From Polyangiaceae bacterium (GTDB lineage Bacteria; Myxococcota_A; Polyangia; Polyangiales; Polyangiaceae): a stretch of DNA of 64,000 nt. The notes under the pieces are model-generated. The model was not told the DNA's origin, searched no databases, and saw nothing but the letters and a program-made list of their open reading frames with translations. The stretch is taken from positions 1 through 64,000 of the forward strand of contig JBNKBE010000016.1 of assembly GCA_050287085.1 (NCBI GenBank), given 5' to 3'. Below, piece after piece: positions 49,328 through 57,239 of the stretch. Both the position numbers and the translations under genes were made by a program. Numbering within the stretch: the stretch's first letter is position 1; the number at the start of each line of letters is the position of its first letter.

Positions 49328-50215
49328 CTAGGGCTGCGATTGGCCTTGAGCTGGCGCCGCACCACTCGCTGGTGTTCCGACCCCATGGGGATTGGTCGGT
49401 GTTGCGGTCCCAGGTGAGACGGCGTTTGCTGCTGCCGTTGTTTGGCTCCGACCCTGTTCGGCCTTGGCCGCGATGGCCTTGATGGCCTCGAGGGTCGCTC
49501 CGTCCTTGGCTGCGGCTCCACTAGAGGCGGGCTCGGACGTCTTGCCAAGGATCTTGGCGTTCTCAAGCAACACCGCGTAGTGATAGCCGAGACCCAGATC
49601 GACATCGCGCCGAAGAGCGGCCTCCACGGTGACGACGTCGCCCAATTCGGCATCCGCGTTGGTTGTGACCGTGACGTCGTTGGTGCCTTGCTGGGCACTT
49701 CCGCTGCCATCACGCATGTGCAGGTAGGTCAATCCTTTGATGCCCCCGGTCTTGCGCACCACCGTGCCCGCAATGCGCACCGGTTTGCCCTCAAGCGATT
49801 CGACCTGTTGGTATAATTCTTCGATGGTGCGTCCTAACGCGCCCGCAGGCTTCGCTACCTTCTGTACTGGAATGTCGGGCTCTGCGTGCAGCGTGACATG
49901 AGGGTTCTCGTGCGGGTTTCCGGTTTCGCTCTCGGCGTCTACGCTCCCCGCGCGGGCCTGGCGATGGATCTCGTCGTTGGGCGCCTGGACTCCGTCCAAC
50001 GTCGTGCCCACCGGGCCCGCGACGACAGCTGGCGCTGGAGACGGCGCCGCGGCGGTACTCGCGCTTGCGGGTGGCTTACCGTTTCCGTCCAACCAGAATG
50101 CGCCTATCCCCGCGAGAGCAAGGACCCCTATGAGCACGTGCGGCAACTTGACGTAGCCGGGGGGCACCGCCGGGGTATTCTGATCTCCCTTTTCGTCTAG
50201 AATCTTGGTCGCCAT
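49328..50215 (-). CDS. Membrane-anchored OB-fold protein (NrfJ-like), last gene of the cytochrome operon
   Basis: TM helix; NPHENPH; V.IAGTVVRK.GGIKG.TYLH.RDGSG...DVTVTT...GDVVTV...DVDLGLGYHY.VLLE.A. Overlaps the upstream gene. Confidence 0.7.
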   Translation of the reverse strand: MATKILDEKGDQNTPAVPPGYVKLPHVLIGVLALAGIGAFWLDGNGKPPASASTAAAPSPAPAVVAGPVGTTLDGVQAPNDEIHRQARAGSVDAESETGNPHENPHVTLHAEPDIPVQKVAKPAGALGRTIEELYQQVESLEGKPVRIAGTVVRKTGGIKGLTYLHMRDGSGSAQQGTNDVTVTTNADAELGDVVTVEAALRRDVDLGLGYHYAVLLENAKILGKTSEPASSGAAAKDGATLEAIKAIAAKAEQGRSQTTAAANAVSPGTATPTNPHGVGTPASGAAPAQGQSQP

Positions 50216-52002
50216 ATCATTGCTCCTTGCACAACAATTACATTCACGTCGCGGCTGGTAATGTAGTCACCACTCGCCATCGCGGATATGTCATCGCCGA
50301 TGTACGCCGTGACGTCGGTGCCGATATCGTGCTCCAGGAAGCTGGAGTCATCGGCTCGGTAGCGCCCAAGCGCTGGTCGGTAACGGCCAGTCACATCGAG
50401 GGTCCCGGACAGTAGCGGTGCACCGACCGCAAGGACACCCGCGGTAGTCGTGAAGAAGGACCCGGAAGCATACATGCCGTTGACGCCCACGCGCAGGGGA
50501 CCTGCCACGTTTTGCAACTGCGCGCCGGCAAAGGCGGACAGGTTTTGTGAGTCGGCAAGCGCCGAGGTAACTGCGCTAGCTCCCAAGAATGCAGACCAAT
50601 CCTCGTCGCGATAGTTGGCCTGTAGACCGCCGCTGTAGCGGGTTTCAACGGCCTGGCAGGGTTCGTTGCCCGTACTGCCGCCAATGGGCGTCATCTGGCA
50701 GAACCACCCCGGTGGCAGATAAGACGCGATGAAGCGAGAGCGTTCAGGGCGTTGCAGGGCGAGTTGGCCGCCTACCTCAACCCGTCCCAGTCGGTAGCTA
50801 CCGTAGGCGGCCGCCTGAGTGAGTTCCGCAGAATCGGCACCCCACGGATTATCGGCGTCATAGAAGGAAGCCTCGAAGTTGGCACCAGCGAGCAGATTTC
50901 CCCCGAAGATGTCAAACGAGCCTGCGACCCTACGCTCGTCGAGCTCGCCACCGAAGGTGCTGCCGTAGGCAACGAGAGAGGCGCTTGGCGCGAGCTCGGC
51001 ATCCAAATCATTCCAGGTCAGCTCCGCGCCGAAGCGCGAGGCGCGACCTACGACGCCCCCCCCTAGCGGATCGGGCAGAACCCCACCGAACGCTGCTGCG
51101 TCGATGTCTGGGGCAACTCGTGCTTGGACGCGGGCGCCGTCGAGTGCTCCGAGCAGTCGGGCCGCTGCACGCAGGCGACCCGCCGCAGCCAACCAATCGT
51201 TGTCCGTTCCGTAGGTGGCCTGAAGTTGTCGAATCCGCAGGGGTTGGCGTGCGGCGTCACCGCGCCGCAATGCGAGCTCGCCGTTGGAAAACCAGCCGCG
51301 AGCCGCCAGATCTGCGTCGATAGCCAGGGGTTGAGCCTTGAGGGGTTCTAGGTGAACACGGGCTCTAAGCTGAGCGTTGCTGATGGCGGCTCTGCCGTCT
51401 CGTTGCGGCAGCACGCTGGCGGCGGTCAGAGCGAGCATCGCGTAGCTCCGGCGATGGTCGCTCATCTTGCCCAGGGGTATTGGGCTTGGGTTCTGGCTGT
51501 CGGCTGGAACTGTCGCCTCTGGCCAGCGATTCGAGAAGGACTCAAGCGGCTCGGGTGTGGGGAGCTTCTTGGCCTCTGTCGAGTCGGCCTCCGGAGTTAG
51601 TGTTGCGACGCCAACGGCGCCCGGTTTGACCACTTGCTCACCGAGGTCGACGGCGATGAAAGTGCCTGCGACACTGACCACATCAAAGGACTGCCGTCCC
51701 AGGGTGACTTTGTCGCCGAGGGAGGCCCGTTGTTTAGTGCCGACCAATTCTAGGTAGGCTCGTCCCCCGGAAACGTCGACGACCTTGGCTCGAACTCGCT
51801 GCGATCGAAGGGGCTTTGAGGACCTCTTGGCTTTGGGCGCTGACCCGGCGGGCACCGCTTGGGTCTTGGCGCCGGACCGGGAGCGCTTGGAGGGGGCAGC
51901 CACGGCGTACGTGGCCTCCAAGGCAAACATCATTGTGAAGGCCACCGTCAGCATTCGGCGATCCTGGCTGCGCCGCAGTGGAGAGATGCCAAAGGGGCTC
52001 AT
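50197..52002 (-). CDS. Putative outer-membrane beta-barrel protein
   Basis: Signal peptide, many alternating amphipathic strands, C-terminal ..GAMIWRPRF with terminal Phe; ATGA-coupled to the decaheme gene. Confidence 0.7.
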   Translation of the reverse strand: MSPFGISPLRRSQDRRMLTVAFTMMFALEATYAVAAPSKRSRSGAKTQAVPAGSAPKAKRSSKPLRSQRVRAKVVDVSGGRAYLELVGTKQRASLGDKVTLGRQSFDVVSVAGTFIAVDLGEQVVKPGAVGVATLTPEADSTEAKKLPTPEPLESFSNRWPEATVPADSQNPSPIPLGKMSDHRRSYAMLALTAASVLPQRDGRAAISNAQLRARVHLEPLKAQPLAIDADLAARGWFSNGELALRRGDAARQPLRIRQLQATYGTDNDWLAAAGRLRAAARLLGALDGARVQARVAPDIDAAAFGGVLPDPLGGGVVGRASRFGAELTWNDLDAELAPSASLVAYGSTFGGELDERRVAGSFDIFGGNLLAGANFEASFYDADNPWGADSAELTQAAAYGSYRLGRVEVGGQLALQRPERSRFIASYLPPGWFCQMTPIGGSTGNEPCQAVETRYSGGLQANYRDEDWSAFLGASAVTSALADSQNLSAFAGAQLQNVAGPLRVGVNGMYASGSFFTTTAGVLAVGAPLLSGTLDVTGRYRPALGRYRADDSSFLEHDIGTDVTAYIGDDISAMASGDYITSRDVNVIVVQGAMIWRPRF

Positions 52003-53123
52003 CGAGCTATTCCTCCAGGGTGACAGCCGAGGCAGCGCTGGCCTTGCACGGCGCTGCCTACTACTTGATTCGGATGCGCCTTAGCGAGGGCTGCTGCATT
52101 GTGTTGATGACAGCCGGCACAGGTGATGGCCTGAGGACGTGTTGTGGAAAGGTGGCAGTCACCGCATTGCGCCGAGCGGTGTGGACCCGTGGACAGCGTA
52201 AACACCATGTCGTGGCGCAACTCCACACGCAACGCCGATTGGGTGCTGTCGACGGAGTTGAAGCGCGAGCTTGTCACGAAGGCCGGTACCCACCCGCTTG
52301 CTCGATGGCATTGACCACAATCCCGCGGAAAAGGCGGTTGGTCCGGATCACCTGCAACACCGGTGTGCAGCGGGTGAATGTTGGGGCTCCGATATTGATC
52401 CGCATGGCAGGCAAAACAGTCAGCCGGGACGGGCTGAAATTCGTTGGTGGCGGTCGAGGTCCGCTGGTGACACTCGGTGCAGTCCAACAACGCATGCACG
52501 CCGGTCAAGGGCAAACGGCTGGTTCGGTGACGCGCGATGGCACGCGTGTCAAACCAACTTCGCGAAGAATGACAGTCGCCGCAGCGCTGCCCCAGGCGCC
52601 GACCGTGTACGTCCTCGTGACAGCCCGAACAGTCGCGTGTGATGGTGCGTTCGGCGGTATGGCAGTCGCCACAGGCCGCCTTCGAGTGTTGGCCCGTCAA
52701 GGGAAAGCCCGTGCGCGAGTGATCGAACCCACCCCCCGCACCAGCGCTGCCCGCTAGTTGCTTCCAAGTGTCCTGTTCGTGACACGCGGAACAGTCGAGG
52801 CTCGCAGTGACGCCCTTGTGGCGGGGCACGCGGCTGGGCTTGGGCTTCGCCGGAGGCCTCGGTCTTGTGTTGGACTTGGCCGCAGCGCTTGAGTTGCTTG
52901 CGGCGCTTGAGTTGCTTGCGGCGCCGGGTTGGGCCGGCGCGCTGCCAGTTGCAGAACCACCCGCTCTGACGGCGCTACTAGCGACTGGGGCCGTGGCTGC
53001 AGCGGAGCTCCTGCCACTCGCTTTGCTGGTTCCAGCGGGGCTCGGCGAAGGATACAACAAGGCAGCAGAAACCCCTGCCGCAACGCATACGCTCAGTAGC
53101 AGCGTTCCTAGGTTACCTCGCAT
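51999..53123 (-). CDS. Decaheme c-type cytochrome
   Basis: 10 CxxCH counted; H...FPLTGxH distal-His motifs; signal peptide plus Ala/Ser/Pro linker. Start ATG 53123 overlaps the upstream stop. Confidence 0.9.
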   Translation of the reverse strand: MRGNLGTLLLSVCVAAGVSAALLYPSPSPAGTSKASGRSSAAATAPVASSAVRAGGSATGSAPAQPGAASNSSAASNSSAAAKSNTRPRPPAKPKPSRVPRHKGVTASLDCSACHEQDTWKQLAGSAGAGGGFDHSRTGFPLTGQHSKAACGDCHTAERTITRDCSGCHEDVHGRRLGQRCGDCHSSRSWFDTRAIARHRTSRLPLTGVHALLDCTECHQRTSTATNEFQPVPADCFACHADQYRSPNIHPLHTGVAGDPDQPPFPRDCGQCHRASGWVPAFVTSSRFNSVDSTQSALRVELRHDMVFTLSTGPHRSAQCGDCHLSTTRPQAITCAGCHQHNAAALAKAHPNQVVGSAVQGQRCLGCHPGGIAR

Positions 53124-54963
53124 TGGAAGAGCTCCCTTCCTCTGCTGGTGCGTGCGGATCGGCGTGGCAGTCCCGACAGGTGTTGTATGGCAAGCGGTAG
53201 CGAACGGCGCTCGTTCCCTGCGCAAGCTTCGTCGACTGATGGCAACTTTCGCACTTCAGGGTCGCGTGTTTGCCTTGCAGCTCGTAGCCCGTCATCTCGG
53301 TATGATTGAATTCAGGGAGTTTGAACTTCCAAGGCGTGTGGCAATCGCCGCAGTCGCGTTTGGGCTCCGTCAATCGGAATTGCCCTTGATGAATGTCCTG
53401 ATGGCACCCTTCGCATTCCCGAGGGGCGTCTTTGTAGCTGGCGCCGCGGCCCGCCTTGCGATCTTCGGGCGTCGGCGAATGACATTGGTCGCAACGTGCG
53501 CTTGCGTGGGCCCCAATCAGCGGCCAGGTATCATGCGCGATATTGGGCAGATCCCACGCCAGCGGGCTGTGGCAATGGGCACAGCCACCCTGCTGCATCT
53601 CTTTTCGAAACTGGTCGCCGTGTGGATTGTCGTGGCACTTTTCACACTTCTGGTTCTCGAGCTTCCAGTTCAAGCGCTGCTTCTGCTTGAAGTTGTCGTG
53701 ACAGGTGCCACAAGGCACCGCTTGATGATTGCCGATCAGTGGAAAGGCTGTGGTCGCATGAAGCTGAACCCCAAACTGACTCGGCCGAAAGCCCGCATCG
53801 GTGTGGCATGCGCCGCATTCACCCCCGTTTCGCGCGGAGAATTCACCTTGGTGTTTGTCGTCGTGGCAATCTATACATCGCTCGAACTTCAGCTCGCGGA
53901 AGCGCTTCTGGGGGATTAGCTCCGGGGAGTGACATTCCGTACACGCTACGTCAACGTGTTTGCCGGTCAGGGCGAATGGGGTCTTGTCGTGGGCGTCCAA
54001 GCCCACTTGCCGCGGCAGCCCTAGCCACTTGATGCCCTTGTGGCATTGGGCGCAGTTGTTGCCAAAGTTGGCCTCGTGAATGGGTGCGTGGCAGCCCACG
54101 CAACGTGTGCCACGGGAAGGCTTCTTCAACAGTCCGCGGTCGTGGCATTGCTTGCAAGAGGCCTTGCTATGGCCACCGAAGAGGCTGAGACCGGGGTGCG
54201 CCGACCGCTTCATGTCGATCGACTTCCAACTGTCGTTGTTGTGGCAGCCGGTGCACACGTCGCCGAAGCGCCCCGCATGAGGGTCCTCGTGGCAGTTGCC
54301 ACACCGCTGGAAGGGCAATTGGTACTTAGCGGGGACGCCGTGACACTTGGCGCAATCGACCTTCTGATGGGCTCCAAGCAACTTGAAGCGCGCCAAGTCA
54401 TGATTGAAGTCGTGCAGCGCGACGACGTCGAAACGCCCCTGATTGTGGCAGTCGAGGCACTCATTGCCGAAGCGCCCTTTGTGGGGATCCTGATGGCAAC
54501 TGGCGCAACTTGAAGAGAGGCCCAGATAGGTCTTCGCGCCGCGACGATTGACTCGATTGTGGCAGGAGTTGCAATCCAGACCCGCGTGTGCGTCTTGGAG
54601 CTTCCAGCCCGACAGGGCGTGGTCAAAGGAACGAGGGTTCCAGCGGATGAGCCGCGAGCCGCGCCCGCGGTGGTCGACGTGGCAGTTGGCGCAGCTTTGC
54701 CCCTTGTAGTTGCGGCCGTGCAGACCTGTGCCGCGGGCTAGTGTGGCACCGACGTCGTCATGGCAGGCGGTGCACTTGCCATTCTCGATTTGGCGACCGG
54801 CCGTATGACAGTCACTACAATGGGCGTCCCCATCCAAGTGAGCATGACCGCCGGCCAAGTCACCCGGTGACAGGAACTGCGCATATGCCGGCGCCGAGCC
54901 TAGGACCAGGACGGCTACGACCAGCGATAACGTCCGTCGCAGGACTATTCGGACCAAATCCAT
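53113..54963 (-). CDS. 23-heme periplasmic c-type cytochrome
   Basis: 23 CxxCH counted in triheme modules (H..F.L.GxH-CxxCH-CxxCH.DPH-CxxCH); signal peptide ending AYA. Start ATG 54963. Confidence 0.92.
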   Translation of the reverse strand: MDLVRIVLRRTLSLVVAVLVLGSAPAYAQFLSPGDLAGGHAHLDGDAHCSDCHTAGRQIENGKCTACHDDVGATLARGTGLHGRNYKGQSCANCHVDHRGRGSRLIRWNPRSFDHALSGWKLQDAHAGLDCNSCHNRVNRRGAKTYLGLSSSCASCHQDPHKGRFGNECLDCHNQGRFDVVALHDFNHDLARFKLLGAHQKVDCAKCHGVPAKYQLPFQRCGNCHEDPHAGRFGDVCTGCHNNDSWKSIDMKRSAHPGLSLFGGHSKASCKQCHDRGLLKKPSRGTRCVGCHAPIHEANFGNNCAQCHKGIKWLGLPRQVGLDAHDKTPFALTGKHVDVACTECHSPELIPQKRFRELKFERCIDCHDDKHQGEFSARNGGECGACHTDAGFRPSQFGVQLHATTAFPLIGNHQAVPCGTCHDNFKQKQRLNWKLENQKCEKCHDNPHGDQFRKEMQQGGCAHCHSPLAWDLPNIAHDTWPLIGAHASARCDQCHSPTPEDRKAGRGASYKDAPRECEGCHQDIHQGQFRLTEPKRDCGDCHTPWKFKLPEFNHTEMTGYELQGKHATLKCESCHQSTKLAQGTSAVRYRLPYNTCRDCHADPHAPAEEGSSSNAR

Positions 54964-55862
54964 CGGAAGCCGTAGTACCAGGCGATGGCGATGTGGACGA
55001 TGACGGTGAACGTCATCAGAAGAGCCGCGAAGCGATGAAACCCGCGCCATGCCCGCAAGAGGGAATCGGCGGCGTGGGCACGAAGTTCGTTGTAGGCGAT
55101 GGTAGCACACTGCTGCACCGTCGGTTCGAGCAGGTTGAAGCGGTCCGAGGCAGAGAAACGAAATGGTTCAGCCGCCGCTATCACACTGCGTCGCCGCTCG
55201 ACAGCTTCTCGCCGCCACCGTGGTAGCATGCGTAGCGTTTTGGGCAGCGTGTGGCGCCCCTGAATCGGCGACGGTTGGAGCGAGGTGAGCTCGCTCTTGA
55301 GAGCCTTTCCTAGGCCCGGTACTTGAGCGTCGAGCTCCTGAAGCCCTTGGGCCAACAAGGTCAGGTTGGGGTGAGGTACCAGCGACTTCAAGAAGCGACC
55401 GATGATGCCCGTCACCATGAGAACAACCACACACCAGAAGCTGGTGGAGGCGATGCTGGAGCGCAGCTGAAACGCTGAATGAAAGAGGATGAGAGCGCCG
55501 CCAAGGATACCCGTTACGGCGTGAATCTCGAGCCACAGCTTCATCTTTCCGACGCGCCAGCGGGCAAAGCGGCGGCGCATCAGGTAGGTCAGATTCGTCA
55601 GAAAAAGCGCGGTTCCGACGATGCCATAGCCGTGACCCACCATGCCGCCGGGGCTGAGCACTCGGAACTGACTGTGATCGACGCGAGAATCGATGCCCAA
55701 TTCGTAGAAGTCTGCTCCGTAGGCCCAGATGAGTGCGGATGCAATAGCCGGTACGCCGAGCATTAGCGACGGCCATATCGCGCGAGAAAACAGTGATCCT
55801 TCGCGCGAATTGGAGGGGGCGGCGCCTGCGCCGTAAGATGGAGCGTCGAACGCTTGGCTCAT
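54945..55862 (-). CDS. Inner-membrane protein, putative di-heme b (ferric-reductase-like TM domain)
   Basis: ~5 TM helices; two H-X13-H pairs (WLEIH...LILFH and WRGFH...VIVH). Confidence 0.75.
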   Translation of the reverse strand: MSQAFDAPSYGAGAAPSNSREGSLFSRAIWPSLMLGVPAIASALIWAYGADFYELGIDSRVDHSQFRVLSPGGMVGHGYGIVGTALFLTNLTYLMRRRFARWRVGKMKLWLEIHAVTGILGGALILFHSAFQLRSSIASTSFWCVVVLMVTGIIGRFLKSLVPHPNLTLLAQGLQELDAQVPGLGKALKSELTSLQPSPIQGRHTLPKTLRMLPRWRREAVERRRSVIAAAEPFRFSASDRFNLLEPTVQQCATIAYNELRAHAADSLLRAWRGFHRFAALLMTFTVIVHIAIAWYYGFRWIWSE

Positions 55863-55889
55863 AGTGACGATAGGTCCTGGCGAATCAGC

Positions 55890-57221
55890 TTAACGTTCGC
55901 CGTACTTGGTTACCATATCCACTCCGAAGCTCTTCAGAAGCTGAGACGGAGGGGTGCCACCAATCTGCACGATAATGGCGTCGTTAGGTATCTGCTTTGG
56001 GCCGTTCTCTGTCAACAGTGTAACCCGCGAGTCCGTTAGTTCTGAGATGGTGGTTGTCATATGGGCGGTGACCTGACCACTTGCGATCATCGCATCGATA
56101 CGGGTGCGGTTCTCTGCCCTGCAGCGCGCAAATTGTCCGCGCCGATAGCTGATACCAACGGAGGCACACTGGCCGAAGTCAGCTAGAGCGATAGCCGATT
56201 CAACAGCGCTGTTGCCGCCGCCCACGACCAATACGTTCTTCCCTGCATAGGGATCGGGCTCCAACAGGCGATAGGCGACCTTCTTATTGTCCTCTCCGGG
56301 GACGCCAAGTTTGCGCGGAGAGCCGCGAACGCCCAGGGCAAGTACCACGTTGGCCGCGCGGTATTCACCGCCCGTGCTGACAACACGCCACGTGTTTTCG
56401 TCATGCGGCAGAATTTGCTCGACGAGTTCTCCAGAGCGCAGCGGAGGACTGGTCTTTGAGCGAATGTCTTCCCACACGTCGACCAGTTGCTCTTTGGACA
56501 TCGTCTTGCGTTTGACGCGACCGTAGAGTGGAAGGTTCAGGTCGCCCGTCATGACCACCTTGGCTCGGGGGTAGTGCAGGACTGTGCCGCCAAAGGATTC
56601 GCGGTCGAGCAACACGACGTTCAGGCCAGCTTCCATCAGGCGCAACGTTGCGCTGATTCCGGCTGGGCCCGCTCCGATCACCACCGCATCGAGTGCCCCT
56701 CCAACGCCTCGACGCGGTGGCTTGTCTTCATCGGGGGAGCCAGAGACGATGTGATCTGCGGCCTGACGGCCCTGATTGATCGCGTTTGCGATCAGTCCCA
56801 TCCCACCCAGTTCCCCAGCGATGTAGATGCCGGGGCGATTGGTCTGGAAGTGGGGATCGACTCGGGGTAGCTCAACACCCCGTTTGCGAGTGCCGTACAC
56901 GAGCGTGATGGCGTCGATGGGGCAGGCGGCCTCGCAGACGCCGTGACCGATGCAGCCGAGTGGGTTGATGAGCTTCGCTCGGCCTTGCACCAATCCAATG
57001 ACGTTCTTCTCAGGACAGCCCTTCACACACGCCCCCGACCCGATGCAGACGTAGGGGTCAATTTGAGGCGCGAGACTGGCGGCCACTAAGTCATCCATGC
57101 CGCTGAGATCTTGAACTATCTTGGCGGACTTAGATTCCTTGTGGCCGTCCAGACGCTCCCACAGGATGTAGAAGAGAAGGGAGAGCAAGACGAGGGCTCC
57201 GAAGAGTACTGCGGTCGTCAA
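55890..57221 (-). CDS. Membrane-anchored ferredoxin plus FAD/NAD(P)H oxidoreductase (TrxR/FNR-like)
   Basis: N-terminal TM; CxxSxxCxxxCP and CxxHxxCxxxCP; GIYIAGE; VIGAGPAG; VVGGGNSAVESA; SYRR. TTG start with a purine-rich RBS. Confidence 0.88.
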   Translation of the reverse strand: MTTAVLFGALVLLSLLFYILWERLDGHKESKSAKIVQDLSGMDDLVAASLAPQIDPYVCIGSGACVKGCPEKNVIGLVQGRAKLINPLGCIGHGVCEAACPIDAITLVYGTRKRGVELPRVDPHFQTNRPGIYIAGELGGMGLIANAINQGRQAADHIVSGSPDEDKPPRRGVGGALDAVVIGAGPAGISATLRLMEAGLNVVLLDRESFGGTVLHYPRAKVVMTGDLNLPLYGRVKRKTMSKEQLVDVWEDIRSKTSPPLRSGELVEQILPHDENTWRVVSTGGEYRAANVVLALGVRGSPRKLGVPGEDNKKVAYRLLEPDPYAGKNVLVVGGGNSAVESAIALADFGQCASVGISYRRGQFARCRAENRTRIDAMIASGQVTAHMTTTISELTDSRVTLLTENGPKQIPNDAIIVQIGGTPPSQLLKSFGVDMVTKYGER

Positions 57222-57239
57222 TGAGAGCTGTCCTGTTCC

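Noticed and set aside
52807..53919. 370-aa plus-strand ORF, and similar ORFs at 51978-52757 and 57522-58994
   Set aside because: Antisense shadows of the multiheme genes. The recurring VAV/MAV motifs are reverse-complement CxxCH codons.
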